DNA of 64,000 nt, taken from Candidatus Zixiibacteriota bacterium. GTDB taxonomy: Bacteria; Zixibacteria; MSB-5A5; UBA10806. The stretch spans positions 624,053 through 688,052 of the forward strand of contig CP070742.1 of NCBI GenBank assembly GCA_020348065.1, given 5' to 3'. Both the position numbers and the translations under genes were made by a program. Below the pieces are notes generated by a model. The model saw only the letters and a program-made list of their open reading frames with translations, did no database searches and was not told the DNA's origin. Below, one piece after another: positions 38,177 to 46,974 of this stretch; the stretch's first letter is position 1, and every line of letters begins with the position of its first letter.

Positions 38177-40458
38177 TCTATCTTTATTACATCGGGTCTT
38201 TTTTTCTGCCTTTTCTGGTATCGATGATACTGGTGCCTCTGGTTAAATGGAACGCTTCGAGGCTGGGATTTGTCGATATGCCCGCGGCGCGAAAACTGCA
38301 TGTTTCCCCGGTGCCCCTGGGCGGCGGATTGGCGGTTTTCCTCAGCGTTGTATTAACTTCCCTGGCCGCGATCATATTCGCCGATTTTCAAATACCCAGG
38401 ACCATTATCGGGCTCTTCGCCGGCGCTTTTCTGTTGATTACGGTCGGGTTTCTTGATGATATTTTCGAGCTGGATTACCTGACAAAACTGCTCGGTCAGG
38501 TCGTTTCGGCGATGATATTCATGGCTTTTATCGAGCAATCGCTGCCTTTGTTTTCTCCCATTATCTTCATCGTAATTTCCGTGTTCTGGATCGTCTCGCT
38601 GTCCAACGCTTTGAATTTCCTGGATAATATGGATGGGCTCTGCGGTGGAATAACCTTGATCTCCGCCCTGGCCTACGGGGTGCTTTTCCTAATTAAGGGT
38701 ATGCCCATGTACGCGATACTCAGCTTCGCCATCGCGGGCGCGGTTCTGGGTTTTCTAAAATATAATTTCACTCCCGCGTCTATTTTTTTGGGCGATGCCG
38801 GAAGCCTGTTTTTCGGGTACTCGCTCGCCTGCCTTAGCGTTGTGCACATAAGCACCGGAGCCTCCATGAGTATCGCCGGAGCCCTCGGACCCATCATAAT
38901 TCTCGCCTACCCCGCTTTCGACCTGATATTCGTCACTTTTTCCAGGTTGAAAGAGGGAAGAAAATTATATATCGGGGGCAAGGACCATTCGTCGCACAGG
39001 CTGAATGTACTGGGAGTAACAAAAGGAAACGCCGTTTCTATAATTCTGTTAATGAATATTTTTCTCGTCTCTCTGGGTATCCTGCTCTACAGGTTCGAGA
39101 ATTCCCCCCTGTTGACTCTCGGCATCGTTTTAATAGCATTGATATTTTCTTTTTTCGGCGCGCACCTTTATAAAAACTTCCTATTTTTGAGAGAGAAAAT
39201 CACCTTGGTTCTATCCGATTTGCTTTCGATTAATCTGGCTTTCTTAATTTATTTTTATATAAAATCAGCAGGCGGCAACTCCGGATCGGATAGCATGGCG
39301 GCCGACGAGCTGTTGATGGCACTGGCCTGGATCAACGCTTTCTGGGTGGTTCTCTACGCCGTGATGGGTCTGTACGATATATATTTCGAACGTCCTTTTA
39401 AAAAGCAGTTGGTCTCGTTGATAAAAAGCGTGGCCGCCGGCCTGGTTATTTTCTTAATCGCCAATTATGATCCTGAATTGGGGATGCAAATTTCAATTAC
39501 CTTTATCGTTTTATTTCTTTTGCTCCTGGTTTTCCTCAACGCCGTTTTCAGGCGGTTAATATTTATGGTTTTCAAACGAAGATATTTCGACGGCCGGAAT
39601 TCCTTAAAAGCCGTCGTAGTTTGTCCCGCGGGAGTGACTCCCGGCAATGATTCCGTCAGGCCGTTTAAAAAACACTATGACCTTGTGGGATACCTCGGGA
39701 ACGGCATATATAAGGGCCTGAATAAAATCGGGGACATCGATGACCTCACCGAGATATTGCGTAATAATAAAATCGCGAGAGTAATAGTCGATTATGGCGA
39801 TGGAAACTACAGCGATATAGCGAACGTGTTTTATTCGGCGTATTATATGGAAACCCTGTTTCTGATAAACGACAGGTCGGCGGATAATAAAAGAGGTTTC
39901 AGGATTATGCCTACGATATCTGAAGAAGCGTATATTATTTCGGTCAAACAGAGAGGATTTTTCGCGACCATTTTAAAAAGGCTTGCCGATTTCACATTTG
40001 CGGGCGCTGCGCTTATTTTGACTTTTCCTTATTCATTATATAAAATCCTCAAGGCGCGCCACAAAAAAATAAAGGCCGTAGCGGAAGCTCAGATTGTCGC
40101 GTTTGGAGAAAGGGAGGGAAAAATCAAGCTCGATCCATCGGTAGCAGGATCGCCATATAAAAGAAGCTGGTGGGCCCTGCTATCGGTTTTGAGGGGCGAT
40201 ATATGTCTGTACGGGGCGACCATAACGACCATGGAGGAGTATAAAACGAGTCTAAATAATATCCCCGGATACTGGAAAAAATTCCTGGTAAAACCAGGAC
40301 TGTTCGGTCCCGGATACTCCGGGAAGACAACGTTGGATAAATTCAGGCTCGATCTCGCATACATGGAAAAAACTTCGACAATGGGAGATTTTTTGATGAT
40401 AATCAAATCGCTGATCGGATTTTCTCCCCTGAAAACCGAGGACTTGAAGGATGCTTGA
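38173..40458 (+). CDS. 761-aa fusion: WecA/MraY-type polyprenyl-phosphate N-acetylhexosamine-1-phosphate transferase (N) + WbaP/EpsB-type sugar transferase module with degenerate Bac_transf domain (C)
   Basis: N-part: PNPT motifs DDIFELD, NALNFLDNMDGLCGG, IFLGDAGSLFFGY. C-part: four-TM region, CoA-binding-like linker (RVIVDYGDG), Bac_transf-like end (KRLADFTFAGAALILTFPYSL...VLRGDICLYGATIT...PGLFGPGYSG...LDLAYME) lacking the conserved GPVxFxQxRxG and DE-dyad segments. Confidence 0.75.
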   Translation: MIYLYYIGSFFLPFLVSMILVPLVKWNASRLGFVDMPAARKLHVSPVPLGGGLAVFLSVVLTSLAAIIFADFQIPRTIIGLFAGAFLLITVGFLDDIFELDYLTKLLGQVVSAMIFMAFIEQSLPLFSPIIFIVISVFWIVSLSNALNFLDNMDGLCGGITLISALAYGVLFLIKGMPMYAILSFAIAGAVLGFLKYNFTPASIFLGDAGSLFFGYSLACLSVVHISTGASMSIAGALGPIIILAYPAFDLIFVTFSRLKEGRKLYIGGKDHSSHRLNVLGVTKGNAVSIILLMNIFLVSLGILLYRFENSPLLTLGIVLIALIFSFFGAHLYKNFLFLREKITLVLSDLLSINLAFLIYFYIKSAGGNSGSDSMAADELLMALAWINAFWVVLYAVMGLYDIYFERPFKKQLVSLIKSVAAGLVIFLIANYDPELGMQISITFIVLFLLLLVFLNAVFRRLIFMVFKRRYFDGRNSLKAVVVCPAGVTPGNDSVRPFKKHYDLVGYLGNGIYKGLNKIGDIDDLTEILRNNKIARVIVDYGDGNYSDIANVFYSAYYMETLFLINDRSADNKRGFRIMPTISEEAYIISVKQRGFFATILKRLADFTFAGAALILTFPYSLYKILKARHKKIKAVAEAQIVAFGEREGKIKLDPSVAGSPYKRSWWALLSVLRGDICLYGATITTMEEYKTSLNNIPGYWKKFLVKPGLFGPGYSGKTTLDKFRLDLAYMEKTSTMGDFLMIIKSLIGFSPLKTEDLKDA

Positions 40459-41725
40459 TTTGAAGTTCATACGGTCAAATCCCGATATAGTTAAAGAAGC
40501 CGCGAAAAACAAAGGCGAAAAAATCGATATCGACGAAATCCTGGAACTGGATAGAAAACGCCGCGATATTATTGGCGAGGTTGAAAAACTTAAATCGGAA
40601 AGAAATACCGCGACATCAGAAATCGCCAGAATGAAAAAAGAGGGCAGGGACCCCTCCACGCTTATTTCAAAAATGAAAAAGGTCAGCGACAGGATATCCG
40701 GTTATGATAATGAGCTCCGGGACGCGGAAACCGAAATCAACCGTAAATTGCTGTGGGTGCCGAATATTCCCCATGAATCAGTGCCCGTCGGACAAACCGA
40801 TGCCGATAATGTGGAGATAAGAAAATGGGGGGAATTGAAATCCTTTGATTTCAAGGTCAGGCCCCACTGGGAAATAGGCGAAATGATCGGAGGCCTTGAT
40901 ATACCTCACGGCGCCAGTGTAAGCGGATCGGGATTTTATTTCTCCGCAGGCCCCGTAGCGAAACTGGAACGGGCGCTTATTAATTTCATGCTCGACCTGC
41001 ATGCCGGGGAACACGGATACACCGAGGCCTATGTCCCTTATCTGGTCGGGGAAAACGCCATGCGGGGAACGGGCCAGATACCCAAACTGGAAGACGATAT
41101 GTATCGTATTGAAAGCGACGGGCTTTATCTTATTCCCACTGCCGAGGTTTCCCTTACCAATATTCACGCCGGCGAAATATTGCCTCCCGGTTCATTGCCG
41201 AAAAAAATCTGCGCCTTCTCGCCCTGTTTCCGTCGTGAAGCCGGTTCGTACGGCAAAGAAACGCGTGGAATCGTTAGGGTGCACCAGTTTCATAAAGTGG
41301 AGATGGTAAAGATCGTCGAGCCCGAGACTTCATATAACGAGCTCGAATCTCTTCTTGAGAACGCCGAAAGAGTTTTGCAATTGCTCGATTTGCCTTATAG
41401 AGTTCGCGTGTTATGCACCGGAGATTTGTCTTTTTCCGCGGCCAAGTGTTACGATATCGAGGTCTACGCCCTGGGCATGGACGCCTGGCTCGAGGTTTCG
41501 TCTTGTTCCAATTTCGAGGATTTTCAAGCCCGTCGGATGAACCTCAGATACAGACCGGAAAAGGGCGCCAGGCCCATATTCCCGCATACCCTGAACGGAT
41601 CGGGAGTGGCGTTGCCGAGAACCGTCGCTGCGATACTCGAAAACAACCAGACAAAAGACGGACAGATCCTGATTCCCGAAGTCCTGCGTTCCTATATGGC
41701 GGGAATGGAAAGAATTGGGATATAA
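40451..41725 (+). CDS. serS: serine--tRNA ligase
   Basis: N-terminal coiled-coil arm plus class II core; full length 424 aa. Confidence 0.95.
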   Translation: MLDLKFIRSNPDIVKEAAKNKGEKIDIDEILELDRKRRDIIGEVEKLKSERNTATSEIARMKKEGRDPSTLISKMKKVSDRISGYDNELRDAETEINRKLLWVPNIPHESVPVGQTDADNVEIRKWGELKSFDFKVRPHWEIGEMIGGLDIPHGASVSGSGFYFSAGPVAKLERALINFMLDLHAGEHGYTEAYVPYLVGENAMRGTGQIPKLEDDMYRIESDGLYLIPTAEVSLTNIHAGEILPPGSLPKKICAFSPCFRREAGSYGKETRGIVRVHQFHKVEMVKIVEPETSYNELESLLENAERVLQLLDLPYRVRVLCTGDLSFSAAKCYDIEVYALGMDAWLEVSSCSNFEDFQARRMNLRYRPEKGARPIFPHTLNGSGVALPRTVAAILENNQTKDGQILIPEVLRSYMAGMERIGI

Positions 41726-41728
41726 CCT

Positions 41729-42967
41729 TTGAGTCTCTTCAGCCGCAAATATCGAGGATCGTCCTATGTGGGATATTCCACTTTTTTCAAGGGCTTTCTT
41801 ATCTCCGGTATGATCGTGGTGGTCGGCATTTTTATTTATTTCAGCCAGACCATCGTGTCGGGGCTTCGCGCCGATGCCGCCCGCGTATCTCAGGCTTACG
41901 CCCGGCTCATTCAATACGGCGCCAGCGAGGCCACCGATCCGGCGGTGATCGATTTTATTTTCGAAAATATTATTACCAAGGTCAATTTCCCCATCGTTGT
42001 AACCGACAAAAACGGCGTTCCCGTGGCATGGACCGTCGATATCGATCCTGCCGATACTTCCCCGGAAGCCGGCCAAAAGCTGTATAAATACGTTAGAGAG
42101 TTTGACAGGGAGAATCAGCCCATTGAGATAACTTCGCAGAATGAAATCATCAGCATACTTCATTACGGAGATTCCAATCTTATCGGACTGCTGCAGCTGA
42201 TTCCCGCGATTGAAATATTCGTGGTTGGTTTCTTTATTCTGATCGCCTTTGTCGGATTCCGGCACATTCAGCTGTCGGAACAGCGTTCCATATGGGTCGG
42301 AATGGCCAAGGAAACGGCCCATCAACTCGGTACGCCGCTTTCTTCCCTGATCGGATGGGTGGAACTTCTCAGACTCAAATATGAGGAAGGGAAAATGAAA
42401 TTCCCCTCCGGAGATTCGGAAACCGATTTTGATGAAGTCTCCACCAGGATGCTGGGGGATCTGAAAAGGCTCGATCGCATCGCCACCCGTTTCGGCCAGA
42501 TCGGATCTATCCCGGACTTCGAGGAAAATGATCTGAATGACGTTATATCCGAAGTGGTATCGTATTTCAAGGCGCGAATCCCTATAAGGGGTATTTCTGT
42601 TATCGAAAAATACGGCGAAATTCCGCGGGTGAAGATAAACACCGAACTGATCAGCTGGGTAATCGAGAATCTTATTAAAAACTCAATGGAATCCACCAGT
42701 CCCAAAGCGGGTATTATAAGTATAAAAACCGAATATGATCCGGGACACAAAAATGTGCTGATCACGGTTGAGGATAACGGCAGAGGTATTCCTCCCTCGC
42801 GGCAGAAGAAAATTTTCGCTCCCGGATTCACCACTAAAAAGAGAGGATGGGGTCTGGGATTAACTCTTGCCAAAAGGATAGTGGAGGAATATCATAAAGG
42901 TAAGATAAGCCTGAAATACTCCGATCCCGGCATCAGGACTGCATTCGGGATCGAACTGCCGGTATAG
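41729..42967 (+). CDS. sensor histidine kinase (two TM helices flanking a periplasmic domain; HisKA + HATPase_c), PorY-like partner of the downstream regulator
   Basis: H-box ETAHQLGTPLSSL; N/G boxes (VEDNGRGIP, GWGLGLTLAKRIV); TTG start 3 nt after the serS stop. Confidence 0.8.
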   Translation: MSLFSRKYRGSSYVGYSTFFKGFLISGMIVVVGIFIYFSQTIVSGLRADAARVSQAYARLIQYGASEATDPAVIDFIFENIITKVNFPIVVTDKNGVPVAWTVDIDPADTSPEAGQKLYKYVREFDRENQPIEITSQNEIISILHYGDSNLIGLLQLIPAIEIFVVGFFILIAFVGFRHIQLSEQRSIWVGMAKETAHQLGTPLSSLIGWVELLRLKYEEGKMKFPSGDSETDFDEVSTRMLGDLKRLDRIATRFGQIGSIPDFEENDLNDVISEVVSYFKARIPIRGISVIEKYGEIPRVKINTELISWVIENLIKNSMESTSPKAGIISIKTEYDPGHKNVLITVEDNGRGIPPSRQKKIFAPGFTTKKRGWGLGLTLAKRIVEEYHKGKISLKYSDPGIRTAFGIELPV

Positions 42968-42969
42968 CT

Positions 42970-44529
42970 ATGCTGAACGGAGGCGAAAAAACAATACTCT
43001 GGGTCGATGATGAGATCGATCTTCTATCCGCGCATGTGATTTACCTGCGGGAACGCGGCTACAGGCTGTTGGAGGCCACCAACGGCGATGACGCCGTAGA
43101 ACTGGTCAAAAACGAGATAATAGATCTGGTCCTTCTGGACGAGATGATGCCCGGCCGTGATGGCCTCTCAACGCTGGAAGGCATTAAAGACATTAATCCT
43201 CTCCTTCCCGTGATAATGGTTACCAAATCCGAGGAAGAGCATCTCATGGACGAAGCCATAGGCAAGAAAATAGACGATTATCTTACAAAACCTGTTAATT
43301 TGAGCCAGATTCTATCGGCTATTAAAAAGATCCTCGATAAGCAACGCTTAACCGAAAGCGCTCTTACCCGCGAATTCGTCATGGAGTTTTCAAATATTAA
43401 TCAAAAATTGTCCGGCCCCCTCGATTGGAAAGATTGGATAGATATTCATGTCAAGCTTTCTACCATAGACCTCGAACTGGAGAGATTCCGGGATGTGGGG
43501 CTGAAGCAATCGCTGAGAGATTTGAAAAAACAGAGCGCCTCCGAATTCGGAAGATATATTGTTCAAAACTATTCGCGCTGGATTAACGATCAAAATGGTC
43601 CGCCGTTTTCCGTCGATGTTGTGAAGAATCATATCGTGCCCCTGTTAAAAAAGGGAATCCAGACCTTTTTTATCGTGATCGATTGCATGAGACTCGATCA
43701 ATGGCTTATGATCGAACCGGTGCTGGCCGAGTATTTCAACATCAAAAAGAGTTATTATTATTCCATTCTCCCCACCGCCACGCCGTTCTCAAGAAACTCC
43801 ATTTTTGCCGGAGAGTTTCCTGACGAAGTAGCGAGGCTAAATTACGATCTCTGGCGCAGATCCAGCAACGAAGCCAGCAGAAATCGCCATGAGAGACAGC
43901 TTCTGGATAGAAATCTCACCCTGCAGGATCTAAAACTCAAGTCCGAACCTAAATATGTCAAGGTCCTTGATATCGAAGAAGGGCAAAACGTCGCCAAAAA
44001 AATAAAATCGTATTCATCCGTGCCGTTGCTTTCCATAGTCTATAACTTCGTCGACAAAATGATCCACGGCCGCAGCCAATCGGAGATATTGCGGGAGATC
44101 GCGCCCAATGAAGCCGCCTTCAGATCCTTGGTGAAATCCTGGTTTGAACATTCTCACCTGCTTGATATGCTGAAAACTCTTTCGAGCTGGGATTGCGCAG
44201 TCGTTATAACTACCGATCACGGTTCCGTTATCGGGACCAGGGGCGCTATCGCCTATGGTAAAAGGGATACCTCCACAAACCTTCGCTACAAATATGGCGA
44301 TAACCTTAACTGCGATCCCAAACAGGCCTGGCTTGTAAAAGATCCCAAATCCCTGCGGCTACCCGTATGGGGCCTGGGAACCACCTATATAATCGCTCTT
44401 GAGGATTATTACTTCGTATATCCCACCAACTATTCGGAATATAAGAGACACTATCTCAACAGCTTCCAGCACGGGGGCATATCTCCCGACGAGATGATCC
44501 TGCCCGTAGCCGTCTTGCGTCCCAGGTAG
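42970..44529 (+). CDS. response regulator with receiver domain fused to a PglZ (alkaline-phosphatase-superfamily) domain, PorX-type
   Basis: REC: ILWVDDE...DLVLLDEMMPGRDG...VIMVTK. C-terminal ~380 aa with PglZ hallmarks (VVITTDHGSV metal-site motif); size 519 aa matches REC-PglZ regulators. Confidence 0.8.
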   Translation: MLNGGEKTILWVDDEIDLLSAHVIYLRERGYRLLEATNGDDAVELVKNEIIDLVLLDEMMPGRDGLSTLEGIKDINPLLPVIMVTKSEEEHLMDEAIGKKIDDYLTKPVNLSQILSAIKKILDKQRLTESALTREFVMEFSNINQKLSGPLDWKDWIDIHVKLSTIDLELERFRDVGLKQSLRDLKKQSASEFGRYIVQNYSRWINDQNGPPFSVDVVKNHIVPLLKKGIQTFFIVIDCMRLDQWLMIEPVLAEYFNIKKSYYYSILPTATPFSRNSIFAGEFPDEVARLNYDLWRRSSNEASRNRHERQLLDRNLTLQDLKLKSEPKYVKVLDIEEGQNVAKKIKSYSSVPLLSIVYNFVDKMIHGRSQSEILREIAPNEAAFRSLVKSWFEHSHLLDMLKTLSSWDCAVVITTDHGSVIGTRGAIAYGKRDTSTNLRYKYGDNLNCDPKQAWLVKDPKSLRLPVWGLGTTYIIALEDYYFVYPTNYSEYKRHYLNSFQHGGISPDEMILPVAVLRPR

Positions 44530-44572
44530 AATTATTATTAGCGGCATTTATTGCGAAATAATTTAAAGCGTT

Positions 44573-45013
44573 ATGTCCACTATTTTATTAACCGAAACGA
44601 AAACAGCCGAAGAAACCGAGCTTCTGGGATTCAAGCTTGCCAAATCTCTTCGTCCTGATGATGTTGTCGCTCTTTACGGCGAACTGGGCTCCGGAAAAAC
44701 CTGTTTTGTGAATGGTATCGCGCGGGGGTTGAATGTCTTAAAATCTGTAAAAAGCCCCTCGTTCAGCATCATTAATGAGTATCCCGGAAATGTTCCGCTT
44801 TTTCATATCGACTTTTATCGGTTGGAGAATACGGCCGAAATCGAGGATATAGGATGGACGGAGTATCTGGATTCGGGCGGAATAGTTATTATAGAATGGG
44901 CTGAACGCGTTAAAAATGTGTTGCCGTCAAAGCGGATCGATGTTTATTTTCAGATTCTGAACGAGGTTGCCAGACGATTGGAGATAATCGCCGTTGATGA
45001 TTCTGGGAATTGA
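44573..45013 (+). CDS. tsaE: tRNA threonylcarbamoyladenosine biosynthesis ATPase TsaE
   Basis: P-loop YGELGSGKT and YjeE family length. Confidence 0.85.
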   Translation: MSTILLTETKTAEETELLGFKLAKSLRPDDVVALYGELGSGKTCFVNGIARGLNVLKSVKSPSFSIINEYPGNVPLFHIDFYRLENTAEIEDIGWTEYLDSGGIVIIEWAERVKNVLPSKRIDVYFQILNEVARRLEIIAVDDSGN

Positions 45014-45656
45014 AACTTCTGACGATTTCGTGGGGGTCGGTCTCGCTGATGAGACGGGTATACTGATCTCCAGGGCGGCGGACCCCGAGTTGAGGAATAA
45101 AAACTTGTTGCACGAATTTACTGAAAATACGCTGGAATTAGCCGCCGTAACCTTCCCGGATATAAACGGCGTGTCGGTTTCCCTGGGACCCGGATCGTTT
45201 ACCGGGCTGCGCGTGGGGCTTGCGGCCGCCAAGGGCATATGCTGGGCGAGGAATGTCCCGCTGGCGGGAATCCCTTCCACCGAGGTTATTATGGAATCGG
45301 CATGCAACGTTGCCGGTAAATTACTTGCCGTTAAAGATGCCCGTCGAAATGAATTTTATTTTGGCGGCTTCGAATGTGACGGCCTTAAATGGGTCAGGAT
45401 TATTCCGGATAAAACCGGACCCGTTGAAGATATTCTCGCTCTTATGACCAAGGGATATAAAGTGGTCGGCCGCCATATTCAACTTGAGAAATCCGGCATA
45501 TCGCCTGAGAATATAATAGAATATAATCCCGACGAGCTGGGCGGAACAGTGGCCCTTATGGGGCGAAAAAGACTTGTTGACGGTCAAAGCCTGAATGTCG
45601 CATCGGCGGCCCCGGAATATCTGCGTTATCCCGGCATAGGAAGGTCAAGGAGGTAG
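44994..45656 (+). CDS. tsaB: tRNA t6A biosynthesis protein TsaB (inactive Kae1/YgjD homologue)
   Basis: MMILGIETSDDFVGVGL N-terminus of the YeaZ family; overlaps tsaE. Confidence 0.85.
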   Translation: MMILGIETSDDFVGVGLADETGILISRAADPELRNKNLLHEFTENTLELAAVTFPDINGVSVSLGPGSFTGLRVGLAAAKGICWARNVPLAGIPSTEVIMESACNVAGKLLAVKDARRNEFYFGGFECDGLKWVRIIPDKTGPVEDILALMTKGYKVVGRHIQLEKSGISPENIIEYNPDELGGTVALMGRKRLVDGQSLNVASAAPEYLRYPGIGRSRR

Positions 45657-45659
45657 TTT

Positions 45660-46103
45660 ATGCCTAATATTACTATTAGGCGAATGGCGGAAAGCGATCT
45701 CGATGTGGTAAGCGCTATCGAGAAGGAGATTTTTCAGGACCCCTGGAGTCTTAACGCCTTTAAAACCGATCTCAACAATGACATGGCCTGGCCCATGGTG
45801 GCCGAATTCGAAAATAAGGTCGTCGGTTATTCCAACATTTATATCGTTGCCGGAGAGGTACAGATCGGTAATTTTGCCGTCGCTCCCGGATTTCGCCAGC
45901 GCGGTGTGGGTAAAAAAATGATGAATGAAATTTTCGAAAAAGCCGGGGAGAATAATTGCCGTTCGATATTTCTCGAAGTTAGAGAGTCTAATACACCGGC
46001 CATGGAGTTGTACAAATCTTATGGCTTTAATCCCGCGGGCAAGAGAAAAGACTACTATTCCAATCCCCGGGAAAACGCTATAGTAATGGTTAAAGAGCTG
46101 TAA
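45660..46103 (+). CDS. rimI: ribosomal-protein-alanine N-acetyltransferase (GNAT)
   Basis: GNAT motif A (QRGVGKKMMNEIFEKA); conserved tsaE-tsaB-rimI synteny. Confidence 0.8.
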   Translation: MPNITIRRMAESDLDVVSAIEKEIFQDPWSLNAFKTDLNNDMAWPMVAEFENKVVGYSNIYIVAGEVQIGNFAVAPGFRQRGVGKKMMNEIFEKAGENNCRSIFLEVRESNTPAMELYKSYGFNPAGKRKDYYSNPRENAIVMVKEL

Positions 46104-46969
46104 TGGTTGAATGGTTTAAAAGATCGAAAAAAGGAATCTCCAGCGATGAAAGACGAGATATCCCCGATGGCGTCTGGACCAAATGTTCCTCATGCGGCGA
46201 AATCCTGACCGTTATTTCTCTTGAAAAATCGTATTGGGTTTGCTCCAAATGCGACTACCATTTCAGGATATCCGCCGATTCCTATATAAAACTGATAATC
46301 GACGATGGTACTTTTGAGGAATATGACGGTAATCTTATCTCCGGCGATCCTCTGAAGTTTAAAGATTCGAAAAAATATCCCGAAAGAATCGCCGCCGCCC
46401 GCAAGAAAACGGGTAAGAATGACGCCGTCATTTCGGGATTGGGAAGAATAAACGGTCTGGACGCCTCATTTGCCGTTATGGATTTTAATTTTATCGGCGC
46501 CTCCATGGGAAGCGTGGTGGGAGAGAAGATCGCTCGGGCCATAGAAAGATCTCTGGATCGGGAGTTCCCTCTGGTGATTGTCAGCTGTTCCGGGGGTGCG
46601 CGTATGATGGAGGGAATACTGTCCTTGATGCAGATGGCGAAAACCTCGGCGCTCCTGTCGCTTTTGGACAAACGTCGAATCCCCTTTATCTCCGTCCTGA
46701 CCAATCCCACCACCGCCGGCGTTATGGCGTCCTATGCGTCCCTGGGAGATATAATCATCGCCGAGCCGAAAGCGCTGCTCGGTTTTGCGGGACCTCGCGT
46801 GATCGCCCAGACCATCGGCGGCGAATTGCCGCCCGGATTTCAGTCATCCGAATTCCTTCTCGAACACGGGTTTCTGGACGCCATTGTCCAGCGTAAAAAT
46901 CTGAAAGAAACAATTTCAAAGCTCTTGAAATATATGCTTCACGATAACATCTCTTTATTCGATCAATAG
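46103..46969 (+). CDS. accD: acetyl-CoA carboxylase carboxyltransferase beta subunit
   Basis: N-terminal C4 zinc ribbon (CSSCGE...CSKCDYH) and carboxyltransferase domain. Confidence 0.9.
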   Translation: MVEWFKRSKKGISSDERRDIPDGVWTKCSSCGEILTVISLEKSYWVCSKCDYHFRISADSYIKLIIDDGTFEEYDGNLISGDPLKFKDSKKYPERIAAARKKTGKNDAVISGLGRINGLDASFAVMDFNFIGASMGSVVGEKIARAIERSLDREFPLVIVSCSGGARMMEGILSLMQMAKTSALLSLLDKRRIPFISVLTNPTTAGVMASYASLGDIIIAEPKALLGFAGPRVIAQTIGGELPPGFQSSEFLLEHGFLDAIVQRKNLKETISKLLKYMLHDNISLFDQ

Positions 46970-46974
46970 CAATA

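Noticed and set aside
41411-42325. 304-aa minus-strand ORF spanning the serS 3' end and the histidine-kinase 5' end; also the Arg-rich + strand alternate-frame ORF 41413-42087
   Set aside because: Low-complexity Gly/Arg-rich translations with no domain. They lie fully antisense to, or out of frame with, two well-supported genes, so they are shadow ORFs.
42970-44529. PglZ domain as a marker of a BREX/Pgl phage-defence island
   Set aside because: The PglZ domain is fused to a receiver domain and paired with a histidine kinase (the PorX/PorY arrangement). No BrxA/B/C, PglX methyltransferase or BrxL genes are adjacent.
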